The notes: generated by a model from the letters alone, not told the origin. Positions 29,774 through 40,759 are shown, numbered from the stretch's first letter. The stretch is 64,000 nt of DNA from a virus (IMGVR_UViG_2881871051_000001:27638-91637), one strand, 5' to 3'. Numbers and translations: made by a program.

Positions 29774-32700
29774 ATGGCAAGCGGAATGGGAGCAACGGAC
29801 GTAGGCGCGATTAGGGCGACACTTACGCTCAATGTCGGTAACTTTAAGCAAGGAATGGACAACGCAAAGAAGCAAATGCGTGAGGTTGACGCCAGCGCAA
29901 AGACTACCACTAGAAGTCTTGAAGGGATCGCGGGGGCACTCGTATCCCTTGGCGCATCAAAAGCGTTAGTCGGACTTGCGCGTACGGTGAAATCACTGAC
30001 AGACGAGGCGCAGGCTGCGTCTATGGCGGTAAAGGGCTTGGCGGAGGTGTCGAAGGCTTTAAACGTCAATATCGAACAGTCAACGGGGTTAGCGCAGGAA
30101 CTCGCCAACAAAGGCTTTATGACGCTGGCGGAGGCATCTAGCGCGGTAAAAACGCTGTTATCGTCCGGACTCGGACTCGAAGAGACGCGGAAATTAATCT
30201 ACGCTACTGCGGACGCTGCCGCATATAACCGCGAAGCGCATTTATCGTGGGGCGAAGCGATTGTGCAAGTCACCCGCGGTATCAAATCCGGTAACTCCGA
30301 ATTAACGGATGCTGCCGGTATTACAACGAACCTTAGCGTCATGTACGATCGTTATGCGAAGTCCATCGGAACAACTGCGGATAAATTGACGGATGCACAA
30401 AAGGTGCAAGCGGCATACTCCGAGATTATGAAGGAATCGACACTGTACGCCGGTAACGCAGATACAGCGCTCCAAGGTTACGCCGGTACTCAGGCGGTGT
30501 TTAATCAGACGATTACCGTTGCGCGGCAGGAACTCGGCGAAGCGTATTTACCGGCGATACAGAAGCTTATGGAAACGCTGACTCCGATTATTGCCGATGT
30601 GACAACGTGGATTAGCGCTAATAAGGAAATGACCGTCGGATTAACTGCGGCCGCTGCCGCATTCTTGGCTGTAGCTGCTGCGGTTGGAACGTTATCTGCG
30701 GCGTTGTCCGTACTGCAAGTAAGCCTCGGCCCGGTCGGTTGGGCAATCGCAGGGATTACGGCTGTTGCGGGCGCTGTTACTGCGTACGTCGTAGCGTCCG
30801 ACGCCGCGTCAGAATCTACGCTGAAATGGGCGAAGAATCAGGACGTGTTGAACGCGAAACTGGCGCAGGATGCTACGAAACGTTCTGCGGAGGATATCCG
30901 AGGACTGCGCGGCGACATCGACACGTTGAACGGAATCCTGGAGAAGCGTAATAAGCTGATGGACGAATATAACGCGCTCGAACGCAAGGCGCAATCCGGC
31001 CAGGGCAGTATTGAGAATACGCACCGCGCACTTGATTTGGCCGACGGGATCAAGGAAGTTGACGCCAGCCTGCGTAAGATGGACTTCAAGAATGCGGACG
31101 AAGCGTCAAAAGCGCTCCAGCGCATGAACCAGGCTTACGAGGACTCCATTCCTGCACGCGTTCAGGTAGAAAAGTCCACGATTACCGAATTGGCACAGAG
31201 GGTACAGCAGACAAACGGAACTGAAGCATTGCGCAAGAAGTATGAAGAATTGAGCCGCGTTGAGAAACTTAATGACGCTCAGAAAGCGGAACTTGCTAGT
31301 ACTGTGAAGCAGCTTGCGCAGCAATACCCGGATGTAATCGCTCAGATGGACGAGGAAGGCCGGTATATCATCACGAATACTGACCTGCTCGACGCTCAGA
31401 TTAGAACTGAACGAGAGATAGTCCGGACGAAAGCGGAGTTGCGCAAGCAAGACCTTCAGGACTTACAGAAGACAACAAAGGCGAAGATTCAGGCGGCGAC
31501 AGCGGAGATCACAGCATTGAAAGCCGTCCTCGAAGCGACCACTACGAAAAAGTCGGTTATAGACGCGCCGACGTTTGATGAATCGAAGGTTAATCCGCTG
31601 CTTACCGGTAAGGCTCGCGAGTATGCCATCGCAGAGGGTAAGCGCCTGAACGACGAGGCCCAACGGCAGATTAAAGCAGAAACGGAAAAGTCGAACGAGT
31701 TGCAGGCGTCTCTTATCGAGTTAAGCCGTATGATAAAAGATATCGATTCCAATACCTGGGACGACTATCTCCCGAAGACTGGCGGAGGTGGTGGTGGAAC
31801 TGGGACTGAGGGTGGTCCGAAGAAGACCGGCAAGACGGCTGCGGAAATTGCTGCGGAACTTCGCCGGGATCTATTTGCGCAAGATCTCGCAACGATGCGT
31901 TATAACGCGGCTATGTACGACCAGTCCGCGGACGACCAAATCGCAGCTATCGAAGAAATCCGCCAGAAACACGCGCAATATCTCGCCGAGAATATCGAAG
32001 ACGAACGGTCCCTAGCGCTCCAGGTTAAAGCGCTCAACGCTACGAAAACGGAGGATGCCGCAAAAGCCGCGAAAGCTGCGTACGAGTATTCCGCCGAGTG
32101 GATCGAAATGGAGGAGCGCAGGCTCCGCGAAAAGGGTTCGTCTGAAGCGGAAGTGGCGCAGATGCAGTTAGACGCGTGGACGCGGGTTAAGGCGCGCTAT
32201 GATTCCGATTCCGACGAGTATAGGGCTGCGGACAAGGCGTTGTATACCGCTCGGATGACGCTAATTAAGGAAGCGGAAGCGGTTGCCCGTAAGGCAGATG
32301 AATCGCGCGAGCAATCCGCTAAAGAGGCGAAGGACGCCGCACTCGACGCAATCGACGAGCAGAAGAGGGCGGAGTTAAAGGCGCTGGATGAGCGCAAGCA
32401 GGCGGTAAAGGACTATTATGATGCGCAACTGAAGGCGCTCGACCAGTCCGAACGCGTCCGCGACCGATCCAAAATCGAGGCTGAAGCGGAAAAGTACCGA
32501 CTTGCTACGTCTGAGGCCGGTCAGAAACACTATGCGGAACTCCTCGAAGAACTCCGTAAAATGGACGTCGAGGATCAGAAGACCGCGCTTCAGGACGCCA
32601 GAGATTCCGAACTGGATGCGCTGGATAAGCGTAAGGACGATATCGAGTCGTGGTACAGCGATATTAAGGCGTCAATCGAAAACTTTGGCGGAGACATATC

Positions 32701-33313
32701 GCAGATTTACGCTGCTACCGAGGATTCCCGGTTCCAAGCGTTTGTAACGACGAATGCACGCATCAAGGCGGAAATGGAACGCTTCAAATCCGAAATGTCT
32801 ACGCTGAATAACGTATCGTCCTCGTCTGGTTCCGGACAATCTTCGTATGAAGCGTCGATCCTGCGCCAAATGAAAGCGAATGCTAATGCATGGTGGACGG
32901 CTGATGACGCAGGAAAGCGTAGGTTAGAGGCGGAGTCGCAAGCGCTCGGTGCGTCTATTGGCGCAACCAACTACGGAGGTACATGGTATCGCGGAGGCGT
33001 TCCGTTATTCCATAGCGGAGGTATTGCGGGTGTATCGTCGTTCCGGAGTGGTAGCGGATTGGCTTCGGATGAACTCCGCGCCATCTTACGCCAGGGTGAG
33101 GTAACGCTGACGCCTGCGCAGATACAATCGGTCGTAAGCGGAATTGGCGGAAAAGGTAGCGGAGGGACAACGGTGCATATCGAAAAGGTGATCGAAATGA
33201 ACGGCGCAACGTTCGAGGATAGCGCGGATTGGTCCGGATTCGAGCGTAATGCTGGCGATGAAACAGCGGCTATACTTCGCAAAATGGCCGCAGGACAGGA
33301 GGTTGGCGTATAA
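29774..33313 (+). CDS. Tape measure protein
   Basis: 1179 aa, helical and Ala-rich, FHSGG C-terminal motif. Confidence 0.9.
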   Translation: MASGMGATDVGAIRATLTLNVGNFKQGMDNAKKQMREVDASAKTTTRSLEGIAGALVSLGASKALVGLARTVKSLTDEAQAASMAVKGLAEVSKALNVNIEQSTGLAQELANKGFMTLAEASSAVKTLLSSGLGLEETRKLIYATADAAAYNREAHLSWGEAIVQVTRGIKSGNSELTDAAGITTNLSVMYDRYAKSIGTTADKLTDAQKVQAAYSEIMKESTLYAGNADTALQGYAGTQAVFNQTITVARQELGEAYLPAIQKLMETLTPIIADVTTWISANKEMTVGLTAAAAAFLAVAAAVGTLSAALSVLQVSLGPVGWAIAGITAVAGAVTAYVVASDAASESTLKWAKNQDVLNAKLAQDATKRSAEDIRGLRGDIDTLNGILEKRNKLMDEYNALERKAQSGQGSIENTHRALDLADGIKEVDASLRKMDFKNADEASKALQRMNQAYEDSIPARVQVEKSTITELAQRVQQTNGTEALRKKYEELSRVEKLNDAQKAELASTVKQLAQQYPDVIAQMDEEGRYIITNTDLLDAQIRTEREIVRTKAELRKQDLQDLQKTTKAKIQAATAEITALKAVLEATTTKKSVIDAPTFDESKVNPLLTGKAREYAIAEGKRLNDEAQRQIKAETEKSNELQASLIELSRMIKDIDSNTWDDYLPKTGGGGGGTGTEGGPKKTGKTAAEIAAELRRDLFAQDLATMRYNAAMYDQSADDQIAAIEEIRQKHAQYLAENIEDERSLALQVKALNATKTEDAAKAAKAAYEYSAEWIEMEERRLREKGSSEAEVAQMQLDAWTRVKARYDSDSDEYRAADKALYTARMTLIKEAEAVARKADESREQSAKEAKDAALDAIDEQKRAELKALDERKQAVKDYYDAQLKALDQSERVRDRSKIEAEAEKYRLATSEAGQKHYAELLEELRKMDVEDQKTALQDARDSELDALDKRKDDIESWYSDIKASIENFGGDISQIYAATEDSRFQAFVTTNARIKAEMERFKSEMSTLNNVSSSSGSGQSSYEASILRQMKANANAWWTADDAGKRRLEAESQALGASIGATNYGGTWYRGGVPLFHSGGIAGVSSFRSGSGLASDELRAILRQGEVTLTPAQIQSVVSGIGGKGSGGTTVHIEKVIEMNGATFEDSADWSGFERNAGDETAAILRKMAAGQEVGV

Positions 33314-34098
33314 TGCCGGATGGATTTACGTATAGAGGGCGTCACTGTTCGGAGTTCGGCGTTAACCTGCTGTCCTATACCGTCAACACACCGGAAATCC
33401 GTAACTATACGGAGGAAGCGGACGGACGCGCCGGAGTTTACGATTATGGCAGCGAATGGGGAACGCGTGAGATTACGGTAACGGTCGATGTGACACCCAA
33501 TTCCGTATCGCTGAAGCGGAGGCAATCGCAGATAATGGCGTGGTTGTCTCCGGTTTCTAACGGAGCAGGAGCGTTAATATTCGACGAGGTTCCAGACGTT
33601 CAGTATTATGCGAAGTTAACCGGTAGAGTTGGTATCGAACAGTTTTTCCGCGGATATGGCGAGTTTACATTTACGTTTGTCTGCGCTGACCCTTTCGGGT
33701 ATTCAACGTATTCTGTCGAGAGTATCGACGTAGACAGTGCGGTGCTGGTGGATACGGATATCAGCGTTGACGCTACGTATTCGTTCGCTGTGACCGGACC
33801 GGCTACGTTTAATATCGACAACTTCGGGTACGAACCGGTTCAGCCCGTTATCGAAATCAGCGGATCGTTTACTACGCTGACACTGACGCTCGGTGGCGAA
33901 ACATTAACGTTCTCGAACGCAATGTCATCGCAGACACTCGTAGTCGATTTCGCGCGCTATGCGAGTACAATCGCGGGCGCTCCGGTTAACGTCGGAGGTA
34001 ATTACGGAGAGATAGCCGCGGGGATTACGCCTGTTAGCGTTGGGGGAACCGGAATCAACGCGACGATTACGTTTAAGTTCCGGACGAAGTTTATTTAA
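33313..34098 (+). CDS. Distal tail protein (Dit)
   Basis: FTYRGRHCSEFG, LIFDEVPD, FVCADPFGYS. Confidence 0.85.
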   Translation: MPDGFTYRGRHCSEFGVNLLSYTVNTPEIRNYTEEADGRAGVYDYGSEWGTREITVTVDVTPNSVSLKRRQSQIMAWLSPVSNGAGALIFDEVPDVQYYAKLTGRVGIEQFFRGYGEFTFTFVCADPFGYSTYSVESIDVDSAVLVDTDISVDATYSFAVTGPATFNIDNFGYEPVQPVIEISGSFTTLTLTLGGETLTFSNAMSSQTLVVDFARYASTIAGAPVNVGGNYGEIAAGITPVSVGGTGINATITFKFRTKFI

Positions 34099-34116
34099 CA
34101 AGGGGATGACGAATAG

Positions 34117-34758
34117 ATGGCGGATATCGAATTGATACTCGGGGCAGACAACGGACACTCCCCTGCGGATAAACTATCGCAAGCTTATCCGAAGATTAAC
34201 CGCAACTTTACGGAGTTGAGCGAGGAGTTAGCGGACGAGACTGCGACACGGATCGCGAATGATAACGCAGAGACAGCCGCTAGGATTGCGAACGATAATG
34301 CGGAGATTGCGGCTCGTATCGCAGCAGACGAAGCACATGCGGAATCTGAAACAGCGCATCCGGCAGAGAATATTACGTATGCTGGCGAAGTAACCGCCGC
34401 GGATACGGTAAAGGACGCTATCGATACGCTGAAGACTACGCTTGACCAGGCGGTTATCAGCGGTGACAGCGGACCGGAAGCGGCAACAGCGCGCTATAAT
34501 ACGGAATCCGGCGAGACGTATACAACGTTGCAACAGCGTTTGGACACGGAGTACGCGGAAACTGACGGAAGGATTAGCGCGGCGGAGAGCGAGATTGTTA
34601 CCGCGAGGGGAACGTATAGCAGCGTAGGCGAACGGTTTGGCGGAGTCGATGCGCAGTTGGCGGATTTAAGGAACTACTTGGACTACATGCCAATCAACGG
34701 CGGGGACTTTGACGGGAATGACCCGTCCGGCGTAGTCGTAGATGGTGGAACATATTAA
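34117..34758 (+). CDS. Upper baseplate/fibre protein
   Basis: ETAxRIANDNA repeats, EIVTARG, AQLAD. Confidence 0.7.
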   Translation: MADIELILGADNGHSPADKLSQAYPKINRNFTELSEELADETATRIANDNAETAARIANDNAEIAARIAADEAHAESETAHPAENITYAGEVTAADTVKDAIDTLKTTLDQAVISGDSGPEAATARYNTESGETYTTLQQRLDTEYAETDGRISAAESEIVTARGTYSSVGERFGGVDAQLADLRNYLDYMPINGGDFDGNDPSGVVVDGGTY

Positions 34759-34773
34759 GGGGGCGCAATACAC

Positions 34774-35587
34774 ATGGCAAAAATCAAAATAAAGCGCGGC
34801 CTTGCCGCCAATCTTCCAGGGCTGACGCTGGATGAGGGGGAACTTGCACTTGTATTGGACACGGCAAAACTTTACGCCGGTATTGGCGGTGACAAGGTAC
34901 TGCTCAATCCTGACCAAGCAGCAGCAGAAACGGCAACCAAGCTGGCTACGGCGCGCAATATCGCTATTACTGGAGACGGCACGGCAAGCACATCTTTTGA
35001 CGGATCGGCAAACGCAACCCTTGCTTTGGTATTGGCAAACAGCGGAGCAACGGCAGGCACATACACGAAGGTAACAATTGACGCCAAAGGGCGCGTTACC
35101 TCCGCAACTCAAATTGCAGCAGCGGATATTCCGGCATTGACGCTTGCAAAAATCACAGACGCTGGGACGGCTGCAAGCAAAAATACCGGCACGGCAGCAG
35201 GCAATGTTCCGGTATTGGACTCCGGAGGCAAACTGGATTCCAGCATCCTTCCGGCCATCGCCATATCCGACACATTTGTTGTGGCGAACCAAACTGCCAT
35301 GCTGGCGCTTACCGCAGAGGTGGGAGATATTGCAGTCCGGACGGATCTAAACAAATGTTACATCCTGCGGACCGCCGGAGCCTCCACCCTTGCAAACTGG
35401 CAGGAGTTGCTCACACCAACCAGTCCGGTACAATCGGTGGCGGGCAAGACTGGTGCCGTCACACTTGCTGCCAGCGATGTGGGTTTGGGTAACGTCAACC
35501 AACAGCACACAGATTGCTACAACTGCCTTTGTTAAGGCACAAGGCTATTTAACTGGAAGCGACACTATTGACGGAGGCACTTTTTAA
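34774..35587 (+). pseudogene. Tail fibre protein, frameshifted near 35497
   Basis: KIKIKRG N-terminus; DVGLGNV followed by TNSTQIATTAFV...DGGTF in the +1 frame. Confidence 0.65.
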
Positions 35588-35599
35588 GGAGGGCTAGGA

Positions 35600-36820
35600 G
35601 TGGCGAACAAAATACAATTTAAGCGCGGGCTGAAGGTCGCTTTGCCTGCACTCTCTCCCGGAGAGCCTGGGTACTGTACGGATACAAAGGAATTTTTTGT
35701 AGGCAACGCATCTGGAGGTAACACAAGGATGGTCTCATCTGGCGAATTAGTGCTCAATGTCAAAGATTTCGGAGCCAAAGGCGATGGTGTTACCGACGAT
35801 ACAGCCGCAATCCAGGCAGCCATCTATGCACTGGGTTATGCAGGAGGCGTTTTGTATTTCCCCAAAGGGATTTATTTAATTTCCGACACGCTGAATGTCG
35901 GCAACGGTACAGCATCCGCCGTAAGCACCCAAAATGCCATTACTCTGCAAGGAGCCGGAGCTGCAAACACTGGAGCAGCAGTATATGATGGTGGTTTTGG
36001 CACTATGATCCGTTACATAGGATCGACAGAAAAGCCAATGATACATGTAAGAGGTCCGATCAACGCCCCAAGAATTTTGGACATTTCTTTGGATGGCAAC
36101 ATGATGGCGTCTATCGGCGTCCGTGCAACAAATGCTTTGGGCTTTAAATATCGCCCGTGTGCAATACGCGATACCACACAAATCGGCATCCTAATGGACT
36201 CGTGGCCGAGCATGACCGTATCCGGCACAAAAAATAACATGTCCTGCGATATAGCGGACGGATGGATAAATCTTGGTAATAGTCCGTATGCTGTTTGCAT
36301 TAAATTGTCCGGTGACATTGACGGCGGCGATACCAATATGAGCAGACTCCACAACCTACATCTGCTATACAGCGGCACCAACGGCAGGGCTTTGCTGTTA
36401 GGATTTTGCGACTCTAATCTGTTTGATACCATCAATTGTTACCGCCAAGGAGCAGACAACGGGTCAGCATACTCAGTCATTTTCGATGGCACGGAGCAAG
36501 TCGGATACCCCGCACAAAACACATTTATCAATTTTTCGGCGACCAGTGACGATGTGGCAGTGTACGGGACGATTGGAGATAACATCTTTTATAATTACCA
36601 AACAGGTGACGGCGGCGCTGTTCCTGATCACCCCAACCTTAGAGGGGTTACGCAGGACGGACATCATTTCGGATCATTTGATTTTGCAAACCTCAAGTCT
36701 AGCAACGACTTGGAGACTACGGGCAGCGGAAATGGATTGATTGTAAAAACCCCGGATGGTACCAAGCGATATAGAATCTATGTCAGTAACGCCGGAGCGT
36801 TGTCTGCTCAACTGCTGTAG
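35600..36820 (+). CDS. Tailspike, pectate-lyase-like beta-helix depolymerase
   Basis: NVKDFGAKGDGVTDDTAAIQAAI...LYFPKGIY. Confidence 0.85.
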   Translation: MANKIQFKRGLKVALPALSPGEPGYCTDTKEFFVGNASGGNTRMVSSGELVLNVKDFGAKGDGVTDDTAAIQAAIYALGYAGGVLYFPKGIYLISDTLNVGNGTASAVSTQNAITLQGAGAANTGAAVYDGGFGTMIRYIGSTEKPMIHVRGPINAPRILDISLDGNMMASIGVRATNALGFKYRPCAIRDTTQIGILMDSWPSMTVSGTKNNMSCDIADGWINLGNSPYAVCIKLSGDIDGGDTNMSRLHNLHLLYSGTNGRALLLGFCDSNLFDTINCYRQGADNGSAYSVIFDGTEQVGYPAQNTFINFSATSDDVAVYGTIGDNIFYNYQTGDGGAVPDHPNLRGVTQDGHHFGSFDFANLKSSNDLETTGSGNGLIVKTPDGTKRYRIYVSNAGALSAQLL

Positions 36821-36918
36821 GACCAAACTGTCTAGTAAATGCACAACATATTTTCAGTATGCATAACTCCCTAATTTCAGGTATCATTGTTAATGAACAA
36901 TTCAGGGGGGGTGCGTAA

Positions 36919-37566
36919 ATGGAAGAGGATTTAACTGGCAAGGTGTTCGGTAATTTCACCGTTGTTGGAATAAATCGCCGGCATAGTCGCGGCAACTCGT
37001 GGCTATGCCGATGCATTTGCGGGAAGGAATTGGTCTTAGCCACAGTTTACATTGTAGGAAATAAAACACGCCGACCTAATAAAAGCTGCGGTTGTACAGA
37101 ATACAAGTACGACGGGAAAGTACAAGAGCATTTTCGGATTTATTCAATCTGGCATAACCTTGTCGGTAGATGTTATAAATCGGAACGGAAGAATTACGAA
37201 AGGTTTGGCGGCAAGGGCGTATATGTCTGTGACGAATGGAAGGATGACTTCATTCCCTTTCTGAACTGGTCCCTGGAGAATGGCTATTCTGAGGAATTAA
37301 CCCTCATGAGAGTAGACATCAAAAAGCCTTATGAACCGGATAATTGCAAGTGGTCTGATGATTGCTCAAAGGCACAGAACAAAGGGATATTGAGAAATAA
37401 CAAAACAGGAAAGACAGGAGTTGGGAAACGCAAGGACGGCACATTCATTGCCTACATCCAACGAAATTACAAGAATAGGCGACTCGGTGTTTTCAACACC
37501 CTTGAAGAAGCAATAACGGCTAGAGAAAGAGCGGAAGAAGAATTTAAGCGAAACGGTACGCTTTGA
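36919..37566 (+). CDS. HNH/AP2-type homing endonuclease-like protein
   Basis: DLTGKVFG, WLCRCICG, SCGC, YEPDNCKW and AP2 tail; AT-richer than neighbours. Confidence 0.75.
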   Translation: MEEDLTGKVFGNFTVVGINRRHSRGNSWLCRCICGKELVLATVYIVGNKTRRPNKSCGCTEYKYDGKVQEHFRIYSIWHNLVGRCYKSERKNYERFGGKGVYVCDEWKDDFIPFLNWSLENGYSEELTLMRVDIKKPYEPDNCKWSDDCSKAQNKGILRNNKTGKTGVGKRKDGTFIAYIQRNYKNRRLGVFNTLEEAITARERAEEEFKRNGTL

Positions 37567-37672
37567 AACGGACCATACTGCGCAACAAGCCGCTATTTCT
37601 CTTCGGAGCCGTAGCGGTTATTTGTGCTTCGCACAACGGTTTCTTTATGTTCCCACGAAAGGAGGACGCTAT

Positions 37673-39343
37673 ATGCCGAATAAGTTTCGCTCATCCCTCG
37701 AACTACACACGTCATCCCTCCGCCATATCCTCGCTGATGCCGCGGAAATACGCGTACGCGAAGCGCTAAACGGCGAATTTTACGTAAGCTTCGTATATCC
37801 CAGAGTCGAAAACGACTCTGTACGTTACGCAGCCCTCGCGGAAGATAACGAAATCCGGTTCCCGGTCGACGCTGCCTTGCGCAACGTATCCGGCCAGCGC
37901 TTCGTAATTAACCGCGTAGAGGAAGTCCGCGAGGGCAAGCGGATATATAAGCGCGTGGAGGCGTCACATATTGCGTTTGGCCTCGGACGCTACTATTACG
38001 ATGACTATACGGACTTTGCCGCAGCCGTTCCGCTCGCTGACATGCTTGCGCTACTTGGTTCGGGAACTCCGTACGACTTCGCAACCTCCGGCACCTTCGC
38101 CGATACGGACATTTTCGAGTATGGCGAGGATACACGGTTTAATCTGACGCAGAAACTCCGCCAAACGTATAACGCAGAATTGGCGTTCAATAACCTCGCC
38201 ATAACGCTCACGACGCAGAAGGGCGGAAATCGCGGCGCTCGCGTTATATACCGCCATAACATGCGGGGGATTACGCGGACATCGCACTCGATGGAGCGGA
38301 TAACGCGTCTATATGGCTACGGTAAGAACGGATTAACAATCGAAGGTTACGGCGGATATGCAACGAAATATATCGATTCTACGTATTATGACGTAAATAA
38401 TCCGTACGAAGCTTCGGTAACGTTCGCGGATATCGAAGATAAGGCGAAGTTGCTAACGGAAATGCAGCGCCACCTCGCAAAATACGAACTCCCCTCCGTT
38501 AGCTATGACGTCGATTTCGTAGACATGGCGAAGGTGGATGACGCATTCTCTCCGTATTCCATCCGCGAGGCTGGCGATATTGTTACCGTTACGGATTCGG
38601 AGTTGGGATATGCGTTCGAGGCGCGCGTTATGGAATACGAATGGTATCCGTATGAGCCGCGCAGGGGTCGCGCCACATTAGCGAATTTCCGTCCGCTGAA
38701 ATCGTCCGATTACGTATACCAAGCGGTAACCGGCGTTAAGAAGGCGATTAAGTATACGTCAACAAACGCTGTGCTGAAGGGTATCAAATACGACGACAGC
38801 ATAACGCTTGTTGACGGATTAGGGATGCGGGTATCTGACGCCAGTAATCGCGAACTCGTCCGGCTGGGACAGTATGAACCGGGTAAATACGGATTAGCGC
38901 TGTTTAACACAAGCGGGGCAAAGACGCTATGGCAAGATGCAGCGACGGGTAGCGCGTGGTTTAGCGGGAACATTACGGCGTCGTCGATTAATGGCGGTAC
39001 GATTACGGGCGCGTTAATCCGGACAGCGGAGAGCGGCCAGCGTATCGAGTTGAGTAGCGTAGATAATCTGCTGATGGCGGTTAATGCTTCAGGTCGTACC
39101 TTGACGATTAAACCGGACATTGACGGAAGTCCTGGGATACAATTTGCAGGCGGTCCTACGGGTTCGTATATCATACAAGGGACAACGGGGATGAGCATTA
39201 TAGGCTCGGGCCAGTGTCAGATAAACTTCGGCAGTGTGAGTATAAACGGAAGTCCTGTATTGATCAATGGGGTAAACGTATCTTCTGCGGCCACAAACCA
39301 TGAGTCTCGTATCTTTGCTTTAGAATTGGCTGTATTTTCATAG
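37673..39343 (+). CDS. Tail tip/baseplate hub protein (Tal)
   Basis: VREALNGEF, TRLYGYGKNGLT, PSVSYDVD. Confidence 0.85.
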   Translation: MPNKFRSSLELHTSSLRHILADAAEIRVREALNGEFYVSFVYPRVENDSVRYAALAEDNEIRFPVDAALRNVSGQRFVINRVEEVREGKRIYKRVEASHIAFGLGRYYYDDYTDFAAAVPLADMLALLGSGTPYDFATSGTFADTDIFEYGEDTRFNLTQKLRQTYNAELAFNNLAITLTTQKGGNRGARVIYRHNMRGITRTSHSMERITRLYGYGKNGLTIEGYGGYATKYIDSTYYDVNNPYEASVTFADIEDKAKLLTEMQRHLAKYELPSVSYDVDFVDMAKVDDAFSPYSIREAGDIVTVTDSELGYAFEARVMEYEWYPYEPRRGRATLANFRPLKSSDYVYQAVTGVKKAIKYTSTNAVLKGIKYDDSITLVDGLGMRVSDASNRELVRLGQYEPGKYGLALFNTSGAKTLWQDAATGSAWFSGNITASSINGGTITGALIRTAESGQRIELSSVDNLLMAVNASGRTLTIKPDIDGSPGIQFAGGPTGSYIIQGTTGMSIIGSGQCQINFGSVSINGSPVLINGVNVSSAATNHESRIFALELAVFS

Positions 39344-39389
39344 AGTTCGTTGTGTATAATGTAGATAATAGGATACGGGAGGTTGACAT

Positions 39390-39986
39390 ATGAAAAAGGC
39401 TAAGAATGCCAGAACCGCAGTAGTTGCATTTATCTTAGGAGCGGCTTTAGCAACAGCAACAGGAGCGCTAGCGGACGGCGTAAGTTTAATCGGAAAATCC
39501 TTTGATGGACAGTTTAGTGTTACTATTAATGGTAAGAAGATAGATGCAGCGGCGGGCGTTTCTGAAGGAACATCTTACCTACCTGTTCGTGCTGTTGGCG
39601 AGGCGCTTGGCCTGGCTGTTGATTTTGACAGTAAGGAGGGAATATTTTTGACAGAGTCCACAACCGAACCAGTTAGTACACCCCAACCTTCTGTTTCTCT
39701 TGCTACCCCAACACCGAGCAGCAGTACAAAAACACCGAACTACACTCCGGCTATGCTGAAGCAACGAGAAATCGTAGATGTAAAAGCAGATATACGAGAT
39801 GTATCCGGAGTAATTAGCGGATATGAAAGCTTTCTGTCCCGCGTAAAAGAGTCCGCCAATCCCGATCCGTTTACGATATCTAACATGGAGTCCGCAATCG
39901 CTACGCACAAGACGAAGCTTGCGGAATTGGAGCGCCAACTCTCCGAACTCGAAGCGGAGTATCAAGCGCTCATCTCCGGTAAATAA
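39390..39986 (+). CDS. Secreted stalk-domain protein (moron)
   Basis: Signal peptide, GTSYLPVRAVGEALG, coiled coil; TATAAT at 39355. Confidence 0.75.
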   Translation: MKKAKNARTAVVAFILGAALATATGALADGVSLIGKSFDGQFSVTINGKKIDAAAGVSEGTSYLPVRAVGEALGLAVDFDSKEGIFLTESTTEPVSTPQPSVSLATPTPSSSTKTPNYTPAMLKQREIVDVKADIRDVSGVISGYESFLSRVKESANPDPFTISNMESAIATHKTKLAELERQLSELEAEYQALISGK

Positions 39987-40016
39987 TCCGCAGCACAGCC
40001 GCATATCACACACGCC

Positions 40017-40050
40017 AAGACTCCGTTACCTTTCGGAGTCTTTTTCTTTT
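40017..40050 (+). terminator. Intrinsic terminator
   Basis: AAGACTCCG...CGGAGTCTT followed by T-run. Confidence 0.75.
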
Positions 40051-40073
40051 GACTACGAAAGGAGACCGCAATC

Positions 40074-40256
40074 ATGGCGCAAATTACGCCTAAGCTCGAA
40101 ATCCTCGTTAACCTGTCGCAACCGTCCGAAGAAATCGCGAATATTATCTCCGTTTTCTTATCGTATCACCCCGGTAAGGAAATCGAGATTCTGCGCACGG
40201 TCCGCGAACAAATAGACGATGCTGTAGCGCAATTAGACGGAAGGGAGGCGCAGTAA
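40074..40256 (+). CDS. Small hypothetical protein
   Basis: RBS AAAGGAG. Confidence 0.65.
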   Translation: MAQITPKLEILVNLSQPSEEIANIISVFLSYHPGKEIEILRTVREQIDDAVAQLDGREAQ

Positions 40257-40465
40257 TGGATAACGAGATTATCCGCTATTTTATTACGCAAGGTCCGTTT
40301 GCTCTGATGTTCGTTTGGCTCCTTATCTACGTTATGAAAGCGAATAAGGAACGCGAGGGACGCTTGCAATCGCTACTCGAAAAGTTCAGTGATAAATACG
40401 ACGTAATCATAGCGGACTTACGCGAAATCAAATCGAAAGTAACCGATCAATCCCGCAAACAATAA
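40256..40465 (+). CDS. BhlA/UviB-family holin-like peptide
   Basis: QGPFALMFVWLLIYVMKANKEREGRL. Confidence 0.85.
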   Translation: MDNEIIRYFITQGPFALMFVWLLIYVMKANKEREGRLQSLLEKFSDKYDVIIADLREIKSKVTDQSRKQ

Positions 40466-40507
40466 ACAACGAGTAGCTAACGGAAGCACTCGTATTAAAC
40501 GAAAAGG

Positions 40508-40759
40508 GTGGCGCAAATGGCAAACGATGTATTAACGTTGGCTGCGTTGGTGGCCGCGTATGTAGGCGTAGCTAAAACGTTCGGGCTTCCGAAGAAGTAT
40601 ACGCATCTGGTAGCGTTGGGAGTAGCGGCTGTATTCGTTATGATTCCGGAGGCTGCGCAGGATAAGCTTGCGCTCATATCCGTAATCGGACTGACCGCAT
40701 CTGGCGCGTACAACTATACGAAGAAGACGGACGGTCCCGGAGGAAGTGACGCAAAGTGA
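40508..40759 (+). CDS. Holin
   Basis: TM helices, GLTASGAY motif. Confidence 0.8.
   Translation: MAQMANDVLTLAALVAAYVGVAKTFGLPKKYTHLVALGVAAVFVMIPEAAQDKLALISVIGLTASGAYNYTKKTDGPGGSDAK

Noticed and set aside
34230-34330. 33-bp tandem repeats
   Set aside because: Explained by the 11-aa coiled-coil repeat of the protein
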